From positions 80,912,001-80,976,000 of the forward strand of contig NC_087437.1 in the NCBI RefSeq assembly GCF_036321535.1: DNA of 64,000 nucleotides. The letters run 5' to 3'. The notes below the pieces were generated by a model. It saw only the letters and a list, made by a program, of their open reading frames with translations. It was not told where the DNA came from and searched no databases. Positions 13,254-25,256 of the stretch are shown in pieces. The position numbers and the translations under genes were made by a program. Source of the DNA: Camelus dromedarius (Eukaryota). Position 1 is the first letter of the stretch. Every line of letters begins with the position of its first letter.

Positions 13254-14039
13254 CCCCTAAAGCCAGTCCAATGGAGATATTAAAGACTCAGATTTGCTAC
13301 AACCCTAACTATAAAAAAATTTATTTATGGCTTCACTACTTCCCATTTAATTTCTTCATCAAACACTACTGTTCTTCAGATCAGGACTAAGAAAACAAAA
13401 CCTTTCCCCTCCTCATTCGCAATCTGTTTTGTTTATTTGTTTCCTGCTGTAAACTTCCCTCCCCGCAGTGGACATGCTGATTCTCATATCCATTTTCTTC
13501 TGAGTCAGAGTTGGTGTCTGCATATTGAGACTGGACCATGAGACTTAGGCACCAGGCTGTATTAAAATGAGCTGCTAGAAGACAAACACACATGCATTTA
13601 GATGCACTTTTACCCAACAGAATTCTCGAGAACTATGATGCAGTTACCACCTTGGCTTGTGTGACCAGGAGGCCAAGGGTGGCTAGCCCTGCTGTTTGAT
13701 GACTGCAGGTCTCTTTTCTGTTGGTATCAGGTTCATTGACCGAACTGATGATTACTAGTGAGCAGGGGACTCGATCTTAGGGGTCCTTCCTCTGCAATCC
13801 TGCTCTTAAGTGCTTCTGGCAAAGAACCCTGTATATGCTATTGTAAGGCATTCTCCATGAGCTTTAGTTATTTAGAATTCAGACAAGGAAATTTGCTTGA
13901 CCTGTTGTAGTTTCTTTTTCCTGTGAGTTGCATTTTTTATATTTTTACCATTGATGTCTGCTTTTGTAATCTTATCTCTTCTTTTTCCAGTTGATTTTCC
14001 AGTGAATGTGACCAAGTTTGTGGTTATTTTCATGATCTA

Positions 14040-14220
14040 CAGTGGCCAGATTTAGCAAGTAAAAATAAAGTGCATCCAGTTAAATTTGAATTCCAGATAA
14101 ACAGAAAATAATTTTTAGTATATGCCATGCAATTTTGGGACATATTTGTACTAAAATATTATTGTTATTAATCTGAAATGCAGATTTAACTGAGCATTCA
14201 TAGTTTATCTGGAAGCTCTG
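14040..14220. mobile_element. MER53 palindromic hAT-type MITE
   Basis: gccagatttagcaagtaaaaata...cagttaaatttgaattccagataaac on the left mirrors atctgaaatgcagatttaactg...tttatctgg on the right; matches recalled MER53. Confidence 0.85.
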
Positions 14221-14399
14221 TTTCCATCTGACTTCAGAGCCTGTCCCTAATTGATTAACACCTTCTCAAAGAACAACTCAAGAGAGCAAGTCCAATTAGC
14301 CATTTTGTTCCCTTGGTGGTTACAGGTTGTTGGGGCAGAGAGTTGAAACCTCTGATGGAAGTGAGGACCACCTGTGGAACTTGATACGCTCTCCCCAAC

Positions 14400-14905
14400 T
14401 TCCGGGACTTTGTACATGATGCTTTTTATGTCTGGACTTGCCCTTCCCTCTTCCTATCCCCCAACTCTCACTGCACCCTGTTTTTTTTTTTCTTTTGGTG
14501 GGGAAAGGTAATTATGTTTATTTATTTACTTGTTTTAATTTATTTTTTAATGGAGGTACTGGGGATTGAACCCAGGACCTCATGCATGCTAAACATGTGT
14601 TCTACCACTGAGCTGTACCCTCCCCTCCCCTGCTCCCTGGCTCTTCCTCTGCCTTGCCTGTCTACTCCTTCTTTTAGGTTCAGTTCTGAGGCCATTTCTT
14701 TCCTCTGAGAAGCTTTCCTTGACTGCACAAACATGAGGAGGAAGTGCCCGTCCTCTGCGTGTTCACAGCACCCTCAACCTGCCCACCAGGGAACCTGCTC
14801 ATGGCACTCGGTCTGTGAGGCGGGACTGTGTCTATCCAGGCCATTGCTGTATCCTCAACAGTGTCTACCATAGTCCCTGAATGAAAGAATGAATGAATGA
14901 ATGAA
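14400..14905 (+). mobile_element. L2 LINE 3' end interrupted by a SINE
   Basis: tcctctgagaagctttccttgac...gggactgtgtct...ctgtatcctcaacagtgtct and (TGAA)n tail at 14878-14905. Confidence 0.75.
14481..14625 (-). mobile_element. tRNA-derived SINE (camelid Vic-1 type)
   Basis: Reverse strand ggggagggtacagctcagtggtagaacacatgtttagcatgcatgaggtcctgggttcaatccccagtacctcc, tRNA-Ala-like head plus A-rich tail; TSD-like ctgcaccctg / ctgctccctg. Confidence 0.9.
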
Positions 14906-16189
14906 TACATCTGGAGGGCTAGGTGTGGGGAGGGGTGGCTAGGTGAACTAAAGAGTCTCCAACAAAAAATTTCAGAAGAGAAAATGAAGACAAAAATGCT
15001 TGATTCTGGGAGAATGGAGCAAAGCCAGAGGGGAGGAATGATTTTAAATAAAGCAAATGCCTTTCATTCATATTGTTCTCCAGCCTAGACTCTATGGGGT
15101 CACACTTAAGTCCCAAGGTAAGGTGACCTCAAGAAAGAGTCAGAGGGAAGAGCTCTTCTGGGTGTTGACTGCATAAGTCAGCATTGGCTGTGTACTGGCA
15201 GCCACTCCAGGCACAAAGGTGGTGACGGTGGAGCTCACAACTCTAGATCCTCCAAGACAGGCACTTTCGCTTTTAGTGAGTCTGAGCAGGGCTGAGGAAA
15301 AGGGCAGACGTCCCTGGCATATACGAGCATTAGTTCCTGTAGCCCCTGAAGACTCCCAGAATTCTTTGAGAGTTATCTTGAGGGGACCAGCGTTTTGGCA
15401 GAGTTGATGCAGAACAAAATCAATTCTTGTTTATAACAGATGATGACCTTATTTTTACCCCTGGTTGGTGTGGCCTGGGAGACATTGACTATGTCCATAT
15501 TTGCTAGCTTCTTTGTTTAGAATACTCATAAATAAAGATGATGGCTATTTCTTCCACATGCACTCTGCAGGATCATTCATAGTTTCTCTTTGCAATTAAA
15601 TTGCAGACTCTAAAAGGAGTGGAGAATTTAATGAGGCAGAGGAAAATCTGATAAACTGGCCTTGTCCTCCCTTGGAGCAGGGTTATGACCATATGTCACA
15701 TAAGGGTGTTATTTACTAGTATTTTTAGGAGAAGTGATTTTCTTCTTCTAATAGAAGACCTTTCAGATAATTATCTGTGTTTGCTTCTAATTAAAATAGC
15801 CTACAGTTGCACAAAATGGGAAAATTATGACCCCTTTTCCTGCTTTGAATTTAGACAAAATTGAGTGAATAGAGGACAAAATTACATCATGAACACATTC
15901 TAATGTCCCTTGGAATTGTATGATTTTTCTCTTTACTATAATAATGCAATGCCAACAGTTATATCTTCCCACTGAGACAGTAAATTTAAGGAGAAACAAA
16001 TTTTTAAATATTTGCTTTTGGCTATAATTGAAAGGGAAATATTTGTAATAAGTGGACAGACGAGAGTTAAGATACTTAAGGTGAGAGGACTTTGTCAGCA
16101 TCTCACTTTCCTCCCAAATCTATTTGCAAGTGTGAATTTACATAGAGGCTGTGGATCCTTTGGAAAAAGAGGCTGGAACTCAGACCCGC

Positions 16190-16355
16190 TCCCAGGTTCT
16201 CTTGACTTGGGCTATACATCATAGCCTGCTGGAGACTTTTAATCTACTGATCCGAGATGACCATTACTAGCCAATTAAATCAGAATCTCTTGGATGGGCA
16301 GGCATCACCTTTTAAATAAAATTTCCCAAGTGACTCTAATGAGGACACAGATGTG
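16190..16355 (+). mobile_element. MER5-family MITE remnant
   Basis: ccaattaaatcagaatctct...ttcccaagtgactctaatg. Confidence 0.55.
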
Positions 16356-17197
16356 CAGCTATACAATATGCTAAGCAGGGAGACATCATACCATTCCTTC
16401 CTAACGTCTGCTTCTTTCTGCTTAAAAGTTCTTATGTGTATATCTTGCCTTCCCAACTGTGTTGCTGTCTCCTTGAGGACAATTACCATGTTTTAGGTTT
16501 ATGTTCCTCTATTACCATGCTGGGCACACAGCATATACTTAGTAAATGCTTGCCTGATGGATAGAGACAGATTACCAATTTGCCATATCATCTCCCAGAC
16601 TCCTCTTTCTTTTCAGAACTAAAAACAAACAAACACAAACACATCTCAACTCTGTACACCAGTGATGGTGATGGAGGTTTTGTCTACAGTGGAAGAATGA
16701 CATGCCACTGTAGGGCTTTTTATTGCTGCATACATTTCTGGGCATAGACTACTGACTGCATAAACTATGGTTGGCCTGATGGAGTCAGGAGACTGGGTAG
16801 GAAGGTGAGAGCCAATGAGAGTATCAAAACTCACTCACTGAAGGCCTTCCATTCTTTTCAGAAGTAACTAGAGAATGGTGGATATACAGATTGTGTGAGA
16901 TGTGACTCTGTGTTTACTAGAGCTGAAGCTTAGCATAAGGCTTCAATGAAGCCCTTAATATCTAATGTTTCAGCCTTTTTCTTTGGGAAAAAAGACACAC
17001 TTTTTGAGAACTAATGTTTTCATGAAAGTACTACACCATAACCTAAGTGCATATTTCTCAACAAATTAAATTTCGTATGATTGCAACAATGGAGTAATAC
17101 AAAGAATACTTTCAGAATTATTATGAAAAATATTTGTCCATAAATTATGCCATCTTAGTGTTTAATATTATCATTAAAGAGCAGAGAGGTTTTGCAC

Positions 17198-18300
17198 AAA
17201 ATAAAATGAATAGGAAACTTACCAAATGAGAGAAAATATTTGGAAATCATATATCTAATAAGGGGTTAATACCCAAAATATGTAAAGAACTCATACAACT
17301 CAATAGCAAAAAAACCAATCTGATTAAAAAATGTGCAGAGGATCTGAATGGACATTTTTCCAGAGAAGACATACAGATGGCCAACAGGTACATGAAAACG
17401 TGCTCAACATCACTCATCATCAGGGCAATGAAAATCAGACCCACAATGAGATATCACCTCACACCTGTCAAAATGGCTATTATCAAAAAGACAACAAATA
17501 ACAAGTATTGGTGAGGCTGCGGAGAAAAGGGAATCCTTGTGCACTGTTGGTAGGAATGTAAGTTGGTACAGCCAGTGTGGAAAATAATCTGGAGGTTCCT
17601 CAAAAAATTAAAAATGAAACGACCAGATGATCCAGCAATTCCACTTCTGGGTATTTATCTGAAGGAAATGAAAACACTGACTTGGAAAGATATATGTGCA
17701 CCCTCATATTCCTCGCAGCATCATTTATAATAACTAAGATATGGAAACAACTTGTGTTCACGGATGCATGAATGGATAAAGAAAATGTGATGTATATATT
17801 ATTCAGCCATAAAAATGAATGAAATATTGCCATTGTGACAACATAGATAGACCTTGAAGGCCTATGCTTAGTGAAATAAGCCAGAGAAAAACAAATACTG
17901 ACTGTATCATTTCACTTATATGTGGAATCTAAAAAAGCTCAAAACTGAACTCATAGATACAGAGAATGGATCAGTGGATGTCAGAGGCAGGGGGTGGAGA
18001 GTGTGAAATGAATGAAGGTGATCCAAAGATACAAACTTCCAGTTATAAAATACCTAAGTCCTGGCAATGTAACATATAGCATGGTGACTATAGTTAATAA
18101 AACCATATTGCTAAGAAAAACCAAAGTTGCTAAGAGAGTAGATCTTAAGTTCTCATTACAAGAAAAAAATTGTAACTGTGTGGCGATAGAGGTTAATTAG
18201 ACATTGTGGTGATCATTTAGCAATATATACCAATATTGAATCATTATGTTGTACACCTGAAACTAATATAATGTTATATGTCAGTTATAGCTCAGAAAAG
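17198..18300 (+). mobile_element. 5'-truncated LINE-1 (L1MA9-like)
   Basis: ORF2 end (ggacatttttccagagaagacatacagatggccaacagg...) then 3'UTR tacaaacttccagttataa...tgtacacctgaaactaatataatgttatatgtca. Confidence 0.92.
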
Positions 18301-19011
18301 AAGGAAAGAATAGCTAAAAGTACATTGGAGAATTATTTTAGCAGGAGTGACTACAATAGTGGGTCATGGCTACTTATGCCCGTTTCCTTTCCTGAAGTAA
18401 GGAGAATTTATAAGCTGTTAAACTTTTTATGCTCTGCATAAACTGTTATAAAAGTTTCAGATGTGTATTGAATTAATTTTTTTAACCACAAAAGATTCCA
18501 GAGAGAGTGGAGAAATGAACCAGAAATATTTTATTTCAAAAGCAACTTTCATTAATTAAAATGTCATTAACAATAGTTCAGTATATAAAGTTAATAACTT
18601 CTTTAATGTAACCATGTGTAGTTTGTAGACCCCAACCTATTTACCTGAATAATAACTCTGTTTTCCCTTCAGTTCCACTTAGTCAGTGTAGGGGAAAGCA
18701 CAGATTTTTTCCCCTTTGGCTTGTGTTTATAAAAGAACTCCTTGCAATCTGCTTTATGTGCATTTACACATATGAAAAGAGGTGAAATATATTACAGAGC
18801 CTTTATTCTTATATATTAACTATGTGAAATTTAATTTCCTACCCATCAAAAAAATCTTCCCTTTTAATTAGTTATTAACTTCTCTTGTTCTTCTCATAAT
18901 ACACTCCTGAATTACTTTCCTACCTTCTACAAAATTCTATGAAACTTTTCATTATGTGTTAGGAAAACACTATTCTGGATCCAGACCTTCAAAGGCTTTT
19001 AAAAAAAGCAG

Positions 19012-20172
19012 TTTATCATCAAAATTAAAAAAAAAAAACAACACTTTTGTACCTCAAAGGACACTGACAAGAAAATAGAGACAACCGCAAAGAAGACAAA
19101 AAATATTTGCAAATCACATATCTGAAAAGGAACTTGTATCTAGAATATATAAAGAGCTCTTATACTCAATAAACAGAGGCAAATAATCCAATTAAAAATG
19201 GGAGAAGAGTTCAAATAGACATTTTTCCAAAGAAGATTCACAAATGACGAATAAGCACATGAAAAGATGCTCAACATTATTAGACATAAGGAAACTGAAA
19301 GTCAAAATCACAGCGCGACACCACTTCGCACCCACTAGGGTGGATGGTTATAACAGAGAAGACTGACAGGAAGTGCTGGTGAGGATTTGGAGACATTGGA
19401 ACTCTCACGCATTGCTTATAGGATTGTAAATTGGTACAGCCACTTGGGAAATCAGATTGCCTGTTCCTTGAGTCGTGAAACATGGAGTTGCCACATGAGC
19501 TAGCAATTCCACTCCTAGGTACCTGATACCCCCAGGGAACTGAAACATGTGGCCACACAAAACTTCTACACCAGTGTAGACATAGCAGCGCTGTTCATAA
19601 TAGTCAAAAAGTGGAAACGACCCAAATGACTGTCAACAAATGAATGGATAAATGAAATGCCACGTTATTTGTACAATGGAATATTATTGGGTCATGTTAT
19701 GGACTGAATGTTTCTGTCTTCGCTCCTCCCCACATTCATACACTGAAGCCATTGCCCACAGCATGATGATATGAGGAGGTGGAGCCTTTAGGAGGTAGTC
19801 AGGTTTAGATGAGGTCATGAGAGTGGAGGCCCCAGGACAGGATTAGTACCCTTATAAGAAAAGGAGGAGACACTAGAGCTTCCTCTCTCCGCCATGTAAG
19901 GATCCAGTGAGAAGCTGGCCATCTGCAAGCCAGCAAGAGGGCCCTCACCATGAACCAAAACTGCCAGCACCTTTATCTTGGACGTCACAGGCTTCAGAAC
20001 TACGAGAAATAAATGTTACTTAAGCCGCTCAGTCTATGGTGTTTTGATATAAGCTGCTTGAAATGACTAAGACGGTCATGTAAAGGAATGAAGTGCTGAT
20101 ATATGCTACCCATGGATAACCCTTGAAAACACTGTGTTATGTGAACGAAGCCAGACACAAAGGCCACCCCAA
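19012..20172 (+). mobile_element. LINE-1 fragment (L1MB-like) split by an MLT1A LTR
   Basis: ORF2 3' motifs either side of the LTR; resumes aaaggaatgaagtgctgatatatgctac...gaagccagacacaaaggccac. Confidence 0.9.
19695..20073 (+). mobile_element. MaLR solo LTR (MLT1A/A0-like)
   Basis: tgttatggactgaatgttt...gactaagac; 5-bp TSD ggtca at 19690-19694 and 20074-20078. Confidence 0.92.
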
Positions 20173-20173
20173 A

Positions 20174-20270
20174 GGGGGCAGGGGGGAGGAAGGGAGGCGG
20201 GGAGGAAGGGAGGCAGGGAGGAAGGGAGGGAGGGAGGGAGAGGGAGAGAAGGAAAAAAGAGCAGAGAGGG
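20174..20270. repeat. G/A-rich simple repeat (GGGA/GGAA)n
   Basis: Nearly pure purine tract with many G3 runs. Confidence 0.9.
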
Positions 20271-20610
20271 AACAGGTCCACTAAACCACCCCAAATTAGC
20301 TAATAGAGATTTAATTGGCATTGCCACTCATTTCTTCCATAGGAGAGATTATAAGGTTGTCAAAGCAGACAACCTTTTGCTCATGCAGCACCACTCTTTG
20401 TCTGCCTCTCACAGGTTGGGTCAGTAGCATTTGCTTAGACATGTGAACTGGGAAGAAATTTCAATAGAGGCTGAAACTGGTGTGGTAATACCTGAATGTT
20501 GTGAGCGTTGCTTTTTAAAAAAAACCACACTGATCTAATGTCTGTCTTTATTTAAAAAAAAATTTTTTTTAGCAAGAAAAAGAATCCAAGGAATTAGATT
20601 CAATCCAATA

Positions 20611-20857
20611 CAGAATTGACCCTTGAACAATGTGGAAGATAGGGGCATGGACCCTCCATTCAGGCAAAAATGCATGTATAAGTTACAGTTAGCCCTTCTT
20701 AGGCTCCCTTGTATACGTTGTTCCTCCATATGTGTGGTTGCACATCTGTGGATTCAGTCAACCACGGATTGTGTAATACTGTATTATTAACTATTGATAA
20801 AACCCACATATAAGTAGACCCGTGCAGTTCAAACCTTTGTTGTTCAAGGGTCAACCG
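20611..20857 (-). mobile_element. Tigger2-family (Tc1/mariner) MITE
   Basis: Terminal inverted repeats ttgacccttgaacaa / ttgttcaagggtcaa with TA on both sides (20609-20610, 20858-20859). Confidence 0.9.
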
Positions 20858-20988
20858 TACTAGGTTCTTAGTTCTAAAAGCACTTGCAACAAAAACCAAT
20901 TTTCTTTTTGTTGGGGATGGTAGTATTTCCTAATTACTGAAATTCCTTGTACCATGAAAGATTATGGACAAGTGTCATGAGGCTGCTT

Positions 20989-21109
20989 AAAATTTTTTTA
21001 AAAATTTCTTTTATTGTGGTAATATTCAGCATGAAATTTACCATTTTAGTGTACACTTTACTTTTCAGCGTACGGTTCAGTGGCATCAAATACATTCACA
21101 TTGTTGTGT
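20989..21109 (-). mobile_element. Short L1MA-type 3' end inserted in the pseudogene UTR
   Basis: ttattgtggtaa...aaatttaccatttt...cagtggcatcaaatacattcacattgttgtg; TSD atgaggctgctt (20977) / atgaggctactt (21110). Confidence 0.88.
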
Positions 21110-21947
21110 ATGAGGCTACTTTTTGAAATGTATCTTTTACTTGGTAAGTTTTTTCCTTCAGAATAGAAAAGTGACATTCAAAGTTCCTGCACATGCATTG
21201 AAGTGAGGTCTTCTGAAATATATATATATAGAGAGAACTCTGACACCAACAAGATAAGGCTGAGTTATTTCACCTACTACTGCTTAGGTAAAGTCTGGAT
21301 TAGCAAATTCTGGATGAAAAAAAGATTTCAGGTTCCAAGCATCTGTCATAACCAACGTCAATGGAAAATTCTTTCTTTGAGATTGCCCTGATTCCAGTAT
21401 ACTGTTTAATCCGCTTGGCCCATCTGTGTCATACTTGTTAAATTCTTTTACTAAATCTGGGCAGACATAACTATAGCACTCCTTTACTGCCATAGCTGTT
21501 TCCAGTGGTTGCTCTACAGGAATTCCTACTTCTTGGCCTCTCAGCAGTTGCTGAATGAAATACATTACAGCTTGCCCTGTGATTGGAACGTGCCTACCTC
21601 AGCTGCCAATCACATGTCCTTTAGCTACAGGATGGACAGGAGCGGCACCATCTTAATACCGGTCACCCTCAGTTTTCCTACTTGTTTGGATGCTCAGGAT
21701 GCTGTTAATGCAGGCACAGCCTCCATGGCTGTGTATCAGCCTGGACTGAGGGACTCAAACAGGATTTCAGTAGTATATTCTGTTTTCTGGAGCATTTAAT
21801 CAAGAGAAAGTAATGACCTTCAGGTTCTGCTTTAAGTATTTAGAGAACATTTGCTCCATAAACCTTTCCATTAGGTGACAGTCTTAAACCATACCATGGT
21901 GAACTGGCCACTTCACGGTACGTGTGGCTTTTTTCTTTTACTTCATC

Positions 21948-22267
21948 CTTTTTCATTTCTAATTTTATTTGGGCTCTCTTGCTCTTTTTTTTTAAAAAAT
22001 GAGTCTGACTGAAGGTTTATCAGTTTTGTTTATCCTTTAAAAAACAACTCTTCTAAAAATCAGTTTCATTGATCTTTTCTATTTTTTGTCTCTATTTCTG
22101 CTCTAATGATTATTTCTTTCCTTCTTTTAACTTTGAGCTTTGTTCTTCTTTTTCTAATTTTGTTAGATGGAAAGTTAGGTTGTTTATTGGAAAGTTAGGT
22201 GGTTGATTCCTTGTTTCCTGTGGTAGGCCTGTATTGCTATAAACCTTCCTCTTAGAACTGCTTTTGC
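21948..22267 (-). mobile_element. Internal L1 ORF2 fragment without 3' end
   Basis: Clearly homologous to 26880-27190 of this window (tttcatttct...gtttcattgatc...agaactgcttttgcc). Confidence 0.88.
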
Positions 22268-23109
22268 CCTCTCACCAGGTGACACCTGATGCACCTGTAG
22301 AGGAGTATTCCTAATACAGAGGTCTAGACATCAAGCTTTAGGAGCAGAAAACTCCCATGAAAATATCATACCGGGTTTGTACATTAAATGATTATTTCAG
22401 AAGACAAGTACGTACGTATTAGTTCACATGTGCAATCAGAATAATTAGTCAATGAGGAGGAAGGAGTTAATGCAGCTGGACTGTGACCCAGTTTCCCCCT
22501 GATTACCCTGGGGTGCTCCATGTAGGATGGGGGGAAGAAGGCAGGTAACTCTGTGTAATCTCCTAGACAGTATGATTCTGGACCTCCAGCAAAATACACT
22601 AATGATGTATGCTAGCAGGAGGGTCTTCTCTATGGAATGCTCTCAGCAAGATGTCCTTGAATATTGACATGAAATCTAGGGTATAAAACAGAGATGTATC
22701 GTAAACAAAGTATTCCCTCACTGTGTGAGATAATCCCATAATCCTCCACCGGAGGACTCATCTATCACTCGGGGGCAGGGAACGTGCGTTCATCATAAGA
22801 AGAAAGGGGAGCCACCTTACTATCCCCAAATCCTTTCTGCTTTGTCTGAACCCTTGGATTTCCTGACTCTTTTACGTCATTATAAAAACTTGATACTGGG
22901 TAAGCTCTGGATTTGTGTGAGTCTGAGCCTGTGCCTTAGCTCAGGCAATAATCAAATAGAGCAAAGAAAATGATCCCAAGTAACCATGCCTGTCTTCTAA
23001 ACCCACTTTATATCCTTAACTTTTTCAAAAAAAATTAATTTATGGAGAAAAATAAAAGAGGAAATAAAAGAAAAATTTTGAATCGATGTTTTTAAGTGTT
23101 CAATGGATT

Positions 23110-23850
23110 AATTTTCTATTTTTCTACTGTGGTTATATATGTATATAACTTAAAATTTACCATTTTAGTTACTTTTAAGTGTACAATCCAGTGGCATTAA
23201 ATACATTCACAGTGTTGTGCAACCACCATCACTACCCAATTCCAGAACTTTTTCATCATCCCAGACAGGAACTGTGTAGCCATTAAATAATAACTCCCAG
23301 TTCCTCCTCCCCTAGTCCCTGGTAGCTCCTACTGAGTGTATTGTCCCCATGAATTTATCTGCTCCAGGTACTTCACGTAAGTGGAATCATACAATATTTG
23401 TCCTTTTGTGTCCAGCTTACACCTAGTGGAATGTCTGCAAGGTTCATCCGTGTTGTAGTATGTATCAGGATTTCATTCCTTTCTAAAGGTCAGTTATATT
23501 CCATTGTATGTGGTTTGTGTAGTCCACATTTTGTTTATCCTTTAATCTATCAGTGGACATTGGGTTATTTCCACAGTTTGGCTATTGTGAATGATGCTGC
23601 TATAAACATTAGTGTGTAAGTATTGGTTTGAGTCCTTGTTTTCAATACTTTTGGGTGTGTGCCCAGAAGTGGGATTGCTGGATCATTTAGTAATTCTATA
23701 TTTCACTTTCTGAGGAACTTCCATACTGCCTTCCACAGTGGCTATGCCATTTTGCATCTCATCAAAGCAATGCAACAAGGATTCCAATTTTCCCACATCC
23801 TTGCTAACACTTGTTTTTTTCTTTTATGATTGCCATCCTAATGGGTATAT
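23110..23850 (-). mobile_element. 5'-truncated LINE-1 (L1MA/L1MB-like)
   Basis: taaaatttaccatttt...cagtggcattaaatacattcacagtgttgtgcaaccacc...cccagaagtgggattgctggatca...gccatcctaatgggt. Confidence 0.92.
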
Positions 23851-25079
23851 CTTTTAGCTAAGTCTCATTAAATAACAGGTTAATAATATTTGACTACTTC
23901 CTGATTTGTTCCTATGAGCAGCTAGTTGCATCTTTCTGGCCAGTCTTGCCTCTGCAACAATATTGTCCGCAGAGAAAAAGTACCAAGACTGGACTGCTTA
24001 GCTATCTCTTTGGGATATCATTTCCCTCTTGTCACCTCCAGCCAGTGTCTTTGGGAATTGATGTGTGAATCATAGAAAAGCTTGTTGGACAACTTGGAAT
24101 TCCATAGCATAATTTTCAATCAACAAAACCAGTTATGGAACAATAAGTCTGCTTCAACTTTCTGTACAAGGTCGTTCCCTAGTGTGTCCTCTTACTCTGG
24201 TTTGGCTGTTCCTGCAGGTGAAGAGAGATTTAACATGTCTGGCCTGACCCTTCCTCTGTTCATTATTCTATTCTTTTTGGTATGATTTACCATCTAGAAA
24301 GTTAAAAGGTATGTTTGTTTAAGGAAAGTGATTTTTATTTACTAATGTAACAATTGCTTATATCTCAAATACAATATTCAGTAAGTATCACAGAGAAAAT
24401 TTGAAATTTGTATTGCTGATTGTTTAAGCCGTCATTGCCTTAAAAGTGCATGCACATTCTGAATGTCACAGATTGGTTTTTTCATTATTGTCTGCTCACT
24501 TTAGATCTTTAGGGCCTGTCTGCTTCTGTTACTGCTGAAGCCCAAACATTCAGACTGCAGTTGGCACTGCAGAGACGGGAAGCCAGGCTGGGGCCTGTTC
24601 TCCCTCCCGGTTGTTGATAAAGCTGTCAGCCAGGTTGCGGGGGCAGAATTCTGGCGAGACTAGTGCTCACAATTTCTTAAGCAGAGCCAACTGGCAACAG
24701 ATGTCATCCAGGGAATGAATACGACACCCTAACTACCTACTACAGAAAAATACACACACACATAATAATATTTCATTTTGATTTTTCTGTGATATAGCAT
24801 GAGCTACAGAAATCTCTAAATAGGGTCAATTAGAAGAAGCTGAATACAATATGTCCTTTGCTTAACTTTTTTCTTTTTAATAGAAAAACTGCTAAAGGTC
24901 TTAGGCCTGCCTTTCTGGCACTTTACCTAAACAGCTAGTTTTAGAAAATCAATCTGATTGAACTGGAAATAAAAAGTTAGATCCCTCACTTGAGAAATTA
25001 GGGTCTTGAGTTGAAATAAAAGTTTCTAGAGACACTGGCGATTTTAAGAGACTCTAAAGTAGTTTGTCAGCTATTGAAA

Positions 25080-25245
25080 ATGCCATTTGAAGTGTGGCCC
25101 AGGGACCACCAGTGTCAACACCAAGGGGAACTTGTTCAAAAGAACAAATATCAGGTCCCTCCCCAGCCCTTCCAGAAAAAGAATCTGCATTTTAACAAGA
25201 TCCCTAAGTGACGTGTAAGCCCATGGAAATTGGAAAAGCACTTGT
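25080..25245 (+). mobile_element. MER5A1-like MITE
   Basis: aagtgtggccc...agaatctgcattttaacaagatccc...aagcact. Confidence 0.75.
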
Positions 25246-25256
25246 CTAAAAGAATA

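Larger units (their letters stand above)
20460..21947 (-). pseudogene. ACTR3: Processed pseudogene of actin-related protein 3 (Arp3)
   Basis: ORF 21284-21565 gives [47 protein letters not shown]...[12 protein letters not shown], matching Arp3. Upstream reverse strand reads KWPVHHGMV...LMERFMEQ...KYL...AEPEGHYFLL. No introns, several frameshifts and stops. Sequence at 20860-21170 resembles the recalled ACTR3 3'UTR (gcctcatga, ttgcaagtgctttt.gaactaag). The 3' boundary is uncertain. Confidence 0.93.

Noticed and set aside
14550..14625. tRNA-Ala gene (also 12050-12125)
   Set aside because: Has an A-rich tail and TSD and a degenerate stem pattern, so it is a SINE head.
15084..15117. 34-nt micro-exon between ctccag and gtaagg
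   Set aside because: Such site pairs are common by chance, the length is not a multiple of three, and there is no gene context.
21284..21565. Functional Arp3-like CDS
   Set aside because: Homology shifts frame within the ORF and flanking codons contain stops and deletions.
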